Shown here: positions 20,083-28,615 of the stretch, in pieces
Layout of the letters: each line of letters starts with the position of its first letter
Position numbering within the stretch: the first letter of the stretch is position 1
Origin: Planctomycetota bacterium
GTDB lineage: Bacteria > Planctomycetota > Planctomycetia > Pirellulales > Pirellulaceae
Length of the DNA stretch: 64,000 nucleotides
Assembly (NCBI GenBank): GCA_039029995.1
Contig: JBCCFB010000002.1
Coordinates: forward strand, 14,318 to 78,317
Direction: 5' to 3'
Notes under the pieces: model-generated
Database searches by the model: none
Seen by the model: the letters and a program-made list of their open reading frames with translations, nothing else
Told to the model about the DNA's origin: nothing
Translations under genes and position numbers: made by a program

Positions 20083-20865
20083 CTAACCGGGCATTTTGCC
20101 GTCGGCGATGTCCTTCTCGAATTGATCCATCATCGGCCAGTCGATTGCGCAGGTTCCAAAATCCGCCATATGCAAATAGCCATCGATCCGTTTGATTGCG
20201 GCGTCTATCAGGGCATCATCTTTGCGAAAAATGGGGCCATGACTGGGAAGCAGCCATTCGACGTCGCTGTTCCGGATTCTTGTGAGTGAATCCTTGAACG
20301 CAACCAGGTCGCTGCCGTGGTGGGCGTCAATCGCTCCGATGCAGCCGTCCTGATAGATATTGTCGCCACTGAACAGGTATTTTCCGAGGCGGAACGAAAG
20401 CTGGCTGTCAGTATGCCCGGGCGTCAGCCAGACTTCGATTTCCAGGTCTCCGACCTCGATGGTATCCCCCTCGTCAATCAGCCTGTCCACTTCAACAGCC
20501 GGCATTGCCATGTCGATGCCCTGGGCCTCAATGAGTGCAAAGGTGCGGATTCGGTCCCCGGTCTTCAGTGGCTCCGCCGCTTTGGGGTGCGCGGCTACGT
20601 TCGCTCTCAGGATCTGTTTCGCCTTTGCCAGTCCCTGGATGTGATCCACATCCGCATGAGTAGCGATCAGCGATTTGCATTTCGAAAATGAAAATCCGAG
20701 TTCACGAATCAATTCGATAATCTCATCAACGACATCTTCGTAACCGACGTCGATCATTACCCATTCGTCGCCATCGAAGATCAGATAAACGTTGCAGCCG
20801 AGCACGTGTCTGAGTTGATGATTAACTTCAATGATATTGGGGAAGACAGGTTTTCGAGTTTGCAT
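20083..20865 (-). CDS. MBL-fold metallo-hydrolase
   Basis: THADVDH, TPGHT, FSGD, PSHG motifs; start taken at ATG 20865. Confidence 0.9.
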   Translation of the reverse strand: MQTRKPVFPNIIEVNHQLRHVLGCNVYLIFDGDEWVMIDVGYEDVVDEIIELIRELGFSFSKCKSLIATHADVDHIQGLAKAKQILRANVAAHPKAAEPLKTGDRIRTFALIEAQGIDMAMPAVEVDRLIDEGDTIEVGDLEIEVWLTPGHTDSQLSFRLGKYLFSGDNIYQDGCIGAIDAHHGSDLVAFKDSLTRIRNSDVEWLLPSHGPIFRKDDALIDAAIKRIDGYLHMADFGTCAIDWPMMDQFEKDIADGKMPG

Positions 20866-21061
20866 TCGACTGGCAGTTGGCTTGTCAGAATTGCGGATGG
20901 CGGGAAATTGATCCGGTATTTTACGAATGGCCTGTTCGTCGGGCAACTGCTTATGCTTTCTAAGAATTCATCCCGAAAACGATGTGTCATACGACTCAGA
21001 TTGACAATTTAGAACCTGCTGCCAGGTGCCGCAAAAAATATCAGATCTGTCTTAGCAAAAC

Positions 21062-21949
21062 TCAGCCTTGCTGCCCCTCCAACCCGATCGCATTGCGAAT
21101 TCCGGCCTCAAGATCACTCCAAAGGGGTTCAAACTGCAAAAGAGACTTCATCCTCTCGTTGCGAATTCTTTTTCCCTTACCTGCGCTTCGAGCGGAGCTT
21201 TGTGATTCCTGTTGACCGGCCGACAAGGACGCTGGCCATTCGATCGGACCAAGATCATACAAATTTGCAAGGATCTGATAGTAGTCGCGCCGTAGAGGAG
21301 CATTTCCATCACTAACCAGAATCGTTTCGCCCATTACCCCGAGCGCGGCCGTATTCAGAATTGCCGTAACGGCGTCATCACGATGGATCAGGTTGATATG
21401 TCCGTCCGGATTCAAGCTGGAAACGTTCCGGCTTCTGATTTTCTCTGCCGAGGGGACACGGCCCGGACCGTAGATTCCAGCAAGACGCAGGATCGTCGCA
21501 TGTCGAGCAAAACGGCTTTTTGTGAGAAGCCGCTCAGCTTCGAGACAGGCGATCCCGCCCTCACGTACTGGTTCGGCCGTTGAAGTCTCGGTGATTTCTT
21601 CACCGCCGGTCTGTCCGTAAACACCCGTCGAACTCACGTAGATGATCTGGCCAGTCCCATCAGGAAGCCAACTCAGAATATTGGCTAATCCGTTTACGTA
21701 GACGCTTCGAATACTGTCATAGCGAGAGCGGTCCATTCCAACTGCGATGAGTACGGTATCGACGACAGGAACCTTCCCCGGGGGCTCTTCGTCCGTGATA
21801 TCGGTAACAATGGGCAGGAAACCCATGTCCTGAAACACACGAGCGCGATCTGGAGATCTAGTCGTAACGTAGACAATATCACCTTGCTCCAACCAGGCTT
21901 GCGCAACTTCCTGCCCTAAATATCCGCACCCTATTACCAGACGTCGCAT
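21062..21949 (-). CDS. NAD-dependent epimerase/dehydratase (atypical SDR, YeeZ-like)
   Basis: VIGCGYLG, YVSSTGVYG, LRLAGIYGPGR, NLIHRDD. Confidence 0.9.
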   Translation of the reverse strand: MRRLVIGCGYLGQEVAQAWLEQGDIVYVTTRSPDRARVFQDMGFLPIVTDITDEEPPGKVPVVDTVLIAVGMDRSRYDSIRSVYVNGLANILSWLPDGTGQIIYVSSTGVYGQTGGEEITETSTAEPVREGGIACLEAERLLTKSRFARHATILRLAGIYGPGRVPSAEKIRSRNVSSLNPDGHINLIHRDDAVTAILNTAALGVMGETILVSDGNAPLRRDYYQILANLYDLGPIEWPASLSAGQQESQSSARSAGKGKRIRNERMKSLLQFEPLWSDLEAGIRNAIGLEGQQG

Positions 21950-22137
21950 GCAATACCCGCAAATTCGTGAGTGTAACTTCAGTTCTAGATTGCAAAACCG
22001 GCCACAATCACGGGGAAATCGATTTCGTGCCCTTGTTCTCGTTCTCTTAATATCCCGGTGAATGGTACAATATTGTCACGGTAATTTGCGGTAATTCGGC
22101 AAAACCGATACGTCCGACGCGACAAGAGGAATTCTAA

Positions 22138-23334
22138 ATGACCCGACTCAGCACTCTCGCCGTTTTCGCGGCACTGCTTTTGATTATCCAGCCTCTTACC
22201 GGTCAGGAGACCGTACCCGGAAATATCGTGCCGGACGAACCTGCATCGCAGGAAGCCGAAGTTCAGGAAGAGACTGATCTCGAGGAAGAGTCCACCTCAC
22301 TCGAGCAGGAAGACGCAGAATCCGAAGAAGACGCTGCTGCTTCTGAAGCTGATGCCCAAGCGGAGGAAAGCAACCAGGAAGAAGATTCCTCAGCTGAGGA
22401 AAACGGTGATCCGGAAGACGATCAGGAGATGGTCAATTCCAGCGTGAACATGGATTTCCTGTATGACGGCTCGCTGCCGGCATCAATTTCCCAAATGCGT
22501 GCAATGGAAAACCATATTGCCGAGTTGGCTGAGCAGTGCAAACTCGCCACGGTCAATATTCAGTGTGCCGGAGCTCAAGGCAGCGGAGTCGTTGTTTCCC
22601 GGGACGGTTATATCCTGACGGCAGCACACGTCATTTCTCGACCTCGACTTCCGGCAACAATCACATTCCCCGACGGCTCAACAGTCAAAGCGCAGACTCT
22701 TGGAGTCCATCACAGCAACATCGATTCGGGAATGCTCAAGATCACAGATGAAGGCCGCTGGCCGTATCTCGACATCGGCGAATCCGAGTCTCTTGAGCCT
22801 GGTCAGTGGGTCATGGCGATTGGACACCCGGGTGGGATGGACGAGGATCGTGGACTGGTCGTTCGAGTCGGGCGAATCATCGACAACGAAACAACTGTCC
22901 TGCGAACCGACTGCACGCTGGTCGGTGGTGATTCCGGCGGACCGCTGTTTGATATGGACGGAAACGTCATCGGAATCCACAGTCGCATCGGTGGATCATT
23001 GCAAGACAACTTTCACGTGCCCATCGATATCTTCTCGGAGGAATGGGACGATCTGGCCGCTGGCAAGCGAATCGGTGTTCGTGCCCGACCATGGCTGGGA
23101 CTGCGTGTTGTAGACGAAACGAATGAGATTGAATTCATTGATGAAAACGGTCCGGCGGGAGAAGCTGGACTCGAGGTCGGTGACTTCATCATCAAGATCG
23201 ACGATCGAGATATTGAAGATCAGTCGGACATTGCCACCGCGATGCGTAATGTCAAACCGGGCGACACGATCAAGGTCGTCGTAACGCGTGAGGAAGAGGA
23301 AATGGAATTCGAGTTTGAAACCGCAGAACGCTAA
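22138..23334 (+). CDS. S1C (HtrA-like) serine protease with PDZ domain
   Basis: Signal peptide, acidic linker, triad LTAAHV / IDSG / GGDSGGP, C-terminal PDZ (PWLGL...AGEAGLEVGDFI). Confidence 0.93.
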   Translation: MTRLSTLAVFAALLLIIQPLTGQETVPGNIVPDEPASQEAEVQEETDLEEESTSLEQEDAESEEDAAASEADAQAEESNQEEDSSAEENGDPEDDQEMVNSSVNMDFLYDGSLPASISQMRAMENHIAELAEQCKLATVNIQCAGAQGSGVVVSRDGYILTAAHVISRPRLPATITFPDGSTVKAQTLGVHHSNIDSGMLKITDEGRWPYLDIGESESLEPGQWVMAIGHPGGMDEDRGLVVRVGRIIDNETTVLRTDCTLVGGDSGGPLFDMDGNVIGIHSRIGGSLQDNFHVPIDIFSEEWDDLAAGKRIGVRARPWLGLRVVDETNEIEFIDENGPAGEAGLEVGDFIIKIDDRDIEDQSDIATAMRNVKPGDTIKVVVTREEEEMEFEFETAER

Positions 23335-23389
23335 TTCCACTTCCGTCCGAACTTCTGATCCCGAAATCCAGACCCGAAACAACACTGAC

Positions 23390-24799
23390 ATGAAAACAAC
23401 TCAAATCAATTTTGAACGACTTTGCGTACTGGTGGCATTCTGCATTGCCTTCTGCCTGCCGGTAGCTGTGCTTTCTCAGGAATCCGCATTCGCTTCGCCT
23501 GTGTCTTCATGGCAGGAAGAAGACGACACAATCGATCTGGAAGAAGATGAGGATGACGACCGCCGGCGTAGTGTTGTCGATCGTTACTCGAAAGAAGCAC
23601 CGGAGTTTGCTGAACTAGTCCGCCCAGTCGTCGGCTCCGTAACCGATTCGACCGTGGCAATCATGGATGGCCGCAAACGGGTAGCTCTCGGGACGATCGT
23701 CGATTCAAACGGTTTCATCCTGACCAAGGCCAGCGAGATGTCCGGCTCAATCGAGTGCAGACTCTCAAATGGTGACTCGTTCAACGCGACGGTATACGGT
23801 GTAGATCCTGAAACTGATCTGGCCCTCTTGAAGATTGATGCTGACGGTCTGCCTGCGATTCAGTGGAGCGAATCACAGCCGCCGGTCACGGGTCAGTGGC
23901 TCGTTTCTCCCAACAATGAAGGCGAACCGGTCGGTATCGGGGTCGTCAGCGTTGACGCCCGGTTGATCCCGCCAACCCGCGCATTCCTGGGAATCCGGCC
24001 TGTTCCAACGGACGGTGACAAAGGCGTGCTGATTACAGAAGTCATCGATGGAACACCGGCTGATCGAGCTGGCCTGGAACCCGAAGACATCATTATCAAA
24101 ATCGACGAGGTCGAAATTCCCAACCCTGAGAAGCTCCGCGAGACACTTGCTCAGTTTGACCCGAACGACCTTATCAAGTTGACGATTCTGCGTGACGAGG
24201 AGGAGAAGGAAATGTCTCTCAGCCTTGCCAACGAAGTTGACGTCAACCCGGACTTTGATCGCAGCAATACTCAGAATTCGATGGGAAGCCGTTTGAGCCA
24301 GCGACGCCGCGATTTCCCGATGGCGGTACAACACGACTCGCAACTCCAGGCCAACCAGTGTGGCGGTCCTATCGTTGATCTTTCGGGTCAGGTAGTCGGA
24401 CTCAACATTGCCAGAGGTGGTCGCGTGTTCAGCCTTTTCCTGCCGGTAGACATTATTGAGCCGGTCGTAGATCGCTTGAAGACCGGTGAGTACTCCCCGA
24501 CCGTTGTTAACGCTGATCAAATCACACGTGTTGAAGATGAATTGAAGGAAATCGGGCGACTGGTGCGAACTCTGCCGGACGACCGAAACCGTCTTGAAGA
24601 CAAGATGGAGGGTGACGAGGCCCGCGAAGATGAGATCAAAGCCCTGATCGCATCTCTGCAGGAACGGCTTGAGGAACTCGAAGAGGAACGCAAGTCAGAC
24701 CGCGCCGAACTAAGCGCTCTCGGTCGTCGGATTCGCACAGCGGAGAAAGACGAAGAGCGCTTGAGAGAGAACCTCGAACGCCTTCAAAACGGTTCCTGA
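23390..24799 (+). CDS. HtrA-like protein with PDZ inserted into a degenerate protease domain and a C-terminal coiled coil
   Basis: LTKASE (no His), DLALLK, then PDZ (AFLGI...TPADRAGLEPED), then NQCGGP...VVGLNIAR; heptad-rich C-terminus. Confidence 0.88.
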   Translation: MKTTQINFERLCVLVAFCIAFCLPVAVLSQESAFASPVSSWQEEDDTIDLEEDEDDDRRRSVVDRYSKEAPEFAELVRPVVGSVTDSTVAIMDGRKRVALGTIVDSNGFILTKASEMSGSIECRLSNGDSFNATVYGVDPETDLALLKIDADGLPAIQWSESQPPVTGQWLVSPNNEGEPVGIGVVSVDARLIPPTRAFLGIRPVPTDGDKGVLITEVIDGTPADRAGLEPEDIIIKIDEVEIPNPEKLRETLAQFDPNDLIKLTILRDEEEKEMSLSLANEVDVNPDFDRSNTQNSMGSRLSQRRRDFPMAVQHDSQLQANQCGGPIVDLSGQVVGLNIARGGRVFSLFLPVDIIEPVVDRLKTGEYSPTVVNADQITRVEDELKEIGRLVRTLPDDRNRLEDKMEGDEAREDEIKALIASLQERLEELEEERKSDRAELSALGRRIRTAEKDEERLRENLERLQNGS

Positions 24800-24822
24800 A
24801 TCACTCAGACCAGATCAGAATT

Positions 24823-24860
24823 AAATCGCCGGTCAGTCGCTATTGACCGGCGATTTTTTT
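24823..24860. terminator. Rho-independent terminator between convergent genes
   Basis: AAATCGCCGGTCA-gtcgctat-TGACCGGCGATTT followed by T-run; overlaps the end of the convergent kinase gene. Confidence 0.85.
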
Positions 24861-27800
24861 CGTACAGGCCCGAGACGAACATCGTCAATTCGAGGGCGAG
24901 TGAATCCGCTGAACCGTCCCGACAGCATCTCCCACCGCTCCAGCGCAGCCGGCTCTGCAGCCGCCAGAAACGAGTTAACGGCCTCAGCAACTTGCGCTGC
25001 AGACAGCTCGTCTTGCCGTTCTTCGACGATGTCTATCATCCGGCAGATTGCAAACAACTGGTGGCGGCAGGACATTCCTGACAAAGGCGGCTCAAACAAT
25101 CCGTCCGACGCAACCTGAAGTGCGTCAATCAACTGGTGCTCGGCTGCCGGTGAATCCACGAACCTGAGCAGTTCGACCAACGGCAGGTACGCCGATTCCG
25201 GTACTTGAAAATCGCCGGTAATCTCATTCGCGTCCGTCACTTTCAAAAGACGGACTTGCGCTGCCGCGTCATCATGGCGACCCGTTTCTGCATAACAAAC
25301 GGCAAGTATCAACATGTCAGCAGGAGTCACTTTCTGCTCCAGTTCGTCGAACCTGTCGAACTGAGCGATTGCTTTGTCAAAGTCCTGCAATGAGAAGTAG
25401 GCACGGCTGAGTTGGAAATTGATCCCTTTCCGCAAATTCCGGACATGGTCCGATTCGTAGCCTTCGGGGATTCTGTCAATGAGTTCGAGTGCGGAATGCA
25501 GTCTTCGGATTTCCGATTCAGAATTGTCGCGTCTACGATCACGGTCGGCCGCAGAAAGAAATAATCTCACCTGAAGCAGCATCTCGTCCGGCCGGCTCCG
25601 GCCGCTGGCAATCTGTTCGCTTAGCTGACGCGCCTGCTCAGCTGCGACAGTCGCTTCTTCCGGATCTGTACTCCAGCGCGCAAGCAACTCGTACAGGGAA
25701 ACCAGTTGCAAAGTGAAATCCTCGACGTCGGGATTCTCAATCGTCAGCCGGGTCTGCAATACAACGGCGAGCTCCAGGTCGCTGATCGCGTCTTCGGTCC
25801 GCCCCGCTTCAGCCTTCAGCTCACACACCTCCAGCAGACACTCAACACGTTTCTGAACGTACCGCGGCAGCGTCGGGATGCAACGGATGCAAACCTGCTC
25901 AATCGTCCCGAGCGCGTTTTCCGAAGCTTCTTGAGCACTAACTACATTGCCGGTTGCACGGTGGAAGCGCGCAAGGTGAAGCCAGCTGTTGGCATGCGTC
26001 AACTGGAAGTCATGAATGTTCGAAAGCACTGAGGATAATTCGAGCGCCGTTTCAAACGACTCCATTGCATCATCACGTTTGCTCTGATGCATCTGGACTT
26101 CGCCCAGCCGCTGCCATGCAGTGGCAAGAAACCAGGCACGGTATTCTGCATTGCCACCTTCGTCATCGATTCTCTCAAGACTGTTGATTGCCCGAACGCA
26201 AGATTCCGCAGCGGCGTCAAAGCGGTTCGATTCGATCAACGTGCGTGCCATGGAAATGCATGTACTGCCCAGCTTGATGTCGATTTTCTCGGTATCGTCT
26301 GCAGCAGCGCGCACGTTCTCAAGCATTGAGACGGCGCGGCCGAATACCTCGACCGAACCACCCAGGTCCCGCGCGATCAAAAGAACTTTTCCGTACTCCA
26401 TCGTCAGATTGATCTGTTCCAGGCGGATTTCGTGACGACTGCTGATTCCCGCGACCTGCTCAGCATCGCGAACCGGCCTGCTCAGCAGCTCGTCGTAGAA
26501 CTCAAGTCCGTTTTCGATCAGGTCCTGCTGGAAGAGCAGATCGCGAGATGAGCCCAGCGGCGTATGAGTCTGAACAGCGTCAAGGTACTGGCGAATTGCT
26601 TTGTGAGCCTGGACAAAATTGTCATTGGCAATATTCCGTTCCGATTCGAGTTGTCTTGCGGTTTCACGAATGGCATCGCGTTGATCCCTGAGCTCAAGGG
26701 TCAACGATGCCCACAGCGCAACGAAAGCCAGTACAGCAAAGCAGGAAACGGCCGCGAGTCCCGCTGCAGCCGGCGATCGCCGGGCCCACATCAGAGTTCG
26801 ATCAATCAGGCCTGCTTTTCTTGCACGAACGGGGCGGCCATCGAGGAAACTCACCAGGTCATCTTTGAGCTGTTCGACAGACGCGTAGCGCTTGTCGGGG
26901 TCTTTGCGTAGACAACACAGGCAGATCGTCTCCAGATCAGGTCCGATTGCCCGGTTAAGTCTGGTGGGAGCAACCGGATCACGATTCAGAATTCGTTCCA
27001 ATGTTCCGGCAAGCGTGTCAGCTTTAAGCGGTGGCTCGCCCGTAATCAGCTCATAAAGCACTGCTCCGAGTGCATAGACATCTGAACGCGTGTCTATGTT
27101 CTCAGCCCTTCCGACAGCCTGCTCGGGGCTCATGTATCGGGGCGTTCCGACGATCTGGCCGGTCAGCGTCTGAGTTTCAGAATGCTCCCCGGCAAGAAGC
27201 ATTTTCGCGATCCCGAAATCGATTACTTTCGCAACAGGCCGGCCTTCCAGTTCCGTTACCAGAATGTTGGAAGGTTTCAAATCGCGGTGAATGACTCCGC
27301 GGCGATGAGCGTGTTGCACCGCCTGGCAGACATCAATGAAGATGGCTGTTGTCTGCCGTAGATCGAGGCCGTTTGATTCACAGTATCGGGAGATGGAGAT
27401 TCCTTCGACAAACTCCATGACGAAGTACGGTCTACCTCTCGGGGTAATTCCTGCGTCATAGATTGTTGCGATATTCGGATGATTCATCAGAGCGAGCGTC
27501 TGACGTTCGAGGTCCATCCGGGCAATCACCTGCTCTGTTTCAAGGCCGGGCTTGATGATCTTGACAGCAACTTCTCTTTCGATCGGTGCACTCTGGCGGG
27601 CCCGATAGACGATTGCCATCCCGCCACGACCGATTTCCTCGATAAGTTCGCAATCACCGATCGTGTCACCGGGCTTCTCCACAACCAGCGGGGAGTTCAA
27701 AGTATCGATCCGGCCCGAACGCGGCGTCAGAAGATCGGATGCCGCTTCGCTCATAAACTCGCCACAGGACAAGTGGGATTCGACCAGCCGGGTGATGAGA

Positions 27801-27907
27801 TTGATCCTGCCGGTGTCCTGATCACACTCTTCGCGGATATACGCGTTGCGCTCGCCGGTATCGGAGATCTCAACAGCCCGTTCGAAAATCAGATCATCCT
27901 GCATCAT
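24833..27907 (-). CDS. Membrane-anchored Ser/Thr protein kinase with TPR-like C-terminus
   Basis: IGRGGMAIVY, VAVK, HRDLKPSN, DFG, GTPRYMSPEQ; TM AAGLAAVSCFAVLAFVALWASL; helical repeats. Confidence 0.94.
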   Translation of the reverse strand: MMQDDLIFERAVEISDTGERNAYIREECDQDTGRINLITRLVESHLSCGEFMSEAASDLLTPRSGRIDTLNSPLVVEKPGDTIGDCELIEEIGRGGMAIVYRARQSAPIEREVAVKIIKPGLETEQVIARMDLERQTLALMNHPNIATIYDAGITPRGRPYFVMEFVEGISISRYCESNGLDLRQTTAIFIDVCQAVQHAHRRGVIHRDLKPSNILVTELEGRPVAKVIDFGIAKMLLAGEHSETQTLTGQIVGTPRYMSPEQAVGRAENIDTRSDVYALGAVLYELITGEPPLKADTLAGTLERILNRDPVAPTRLNRAIGPDLETICLCCLRKDPDKRYASVEQLKDDLVSFLDGRPVRARKAGLIDRTLMWARRSPAAAGLAAVSCFAVLAFVALWASLTLELRDQRDAIRETARQLESERNIANDNFVQAHKAIRQYLDAVQTHTPLGSSRDLLFQQDLIENGLEFYDELLSRPVRDAEQVAGISSRHEIRLEQINLTMEYGKVLLIARDLGGSVEVFGRAVSMLENVRAAADDTEKIDIKLGSTCISMARTLIESNRFDAAAESCVRAINSLERIDDEGGNAEYRAWFLATAWQRLGEVQMHQSKRDDAMESFETALELSSVLSNIHDFQLTHANSWLHLARFHRATGNVVSAQEASENALGTIEQVCIRCIPTLPRYVQKRVECLLEVCELKAEAGRTEDAISDLELAVVLQTRLTIENPDVEDFTLQLVSLYELLARWSTDPEEATVAAEQARQLSEQIASGRSRPDEMLLQVRLFLSAADRDRRRDNSESEIRRLHSALELIDRIPEGYESDHVRNLRKGINFQLSRAYFSLQDFDKAIAQFDRFDELEQKVTPADMLILAVCYAETGRHDDAAAQVRLLKVTDANEITGDFQVPESAYLPLVELLRFVDSPAAEHQLIDALQVASDGLFEPPLSGMSCRHQLFAICRMIDIVEERQDELSAAQVAEAVNSFLAAAEPAALERWEMLSGRFSGFTRPRIDDVRLGPVRKKSPVNSD

Positions 27908-28470
27908 TCGTTTCGCATATGGTCGAACAGCCAGGCCCGTGCAAATGCCCAGTAGCGGTTGGCGGTCGGAACTGAAATCTGCAATGCCTCGGCGGCCTGA
28001 GCAATTGAGAGCCCGGCAAAGTATCTGTACTTCACGACTTCTGCTTTGTCGGGATAACGTTTCGCGAATTCGTCCAGAGCTTCGTTCACTTCGATGACTT
28101 CTGACAGAACCGGCTGGGGAATATTGTCTTCAAAAAAACCTTCGCGTTGTTTTCCGCTACCGCGCTTCAAGGTCTGCTTCTTCCTTGCATGGTCGACGAG
28201 GATCCTTCTCATCGCTTCTGCCGCTGCACCGAAGAAATGCGCGCGATTCTGCCAGTCGGGATTTGAGTTGCTGCCGAACAGGCGCAGAAAGGCTTCATTG
28301 ACCAGAGCGGTGGTCTGCAGTGTATGCCCTGCGCGATCGTCAGAAAACTGCCGGCCCGCAAGCGCATACAGTTCCCCGTAGACCGCCTCAAGTAATGAAG
28401 CCGATGCACCGTCCTCGCCGCGCCGGACCGAGTCGATCAGTTGTGTAATTTCTGGAGCGTGATTTCCCAT
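27904..28470 (-). CDS. ECF sigma factor, TIGR02999 type
   Basis: LLEAVYGELYALA...HTLQTTALVNEAFLRL, AAAEAMRRILVDHARKK...KRG, YFAGLS...WAFARAWL; start ATG 28470. Confidence 0.94.
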   Translation of the reverse strand: MGNHAPEITQLIDSVRRGEDGASASLLEAVYGELYALAGRQFSDDRAGHTLQTTALVNEAFLRLFGSNSNPDWQNRAHFFGAAAEAMRRILVDHARKKQTLKRGSGKQREGFFEDNIPQPVLSEVIEVNEALDEFAKRYPDKAEVVKYRYFAGLSIAQAAEALQISVPTANRYWAFARAWLFDHMRNE

Positions 28471-28535
28471 AAACTTCCGCGCCGAAGATGTCCGTCGAAA
28501 CACTCATTTTGCGCACGAAAGGTTCGCGGGCAAAC

Positions 28536-28554
28536 TTTTTTGAAAATTTCGTGA
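28536..28554 (+). promoter_or_regulatory. Candidate ECF-dependent promoter element upstream of PEP-CTERM gene
   Basis: TTTTTTGAAAATTTCGTGA followed 20 nt later by CGC(ATG); mirrors 11408-11424 (minus). Confidence 0.45.
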
Positions 28555-28615
28555 TACAAACTCAAGTCGTTTCACGCATGTCTCCCCTGCAGATTTTCAT
28601 CACGGGAGATACAAC

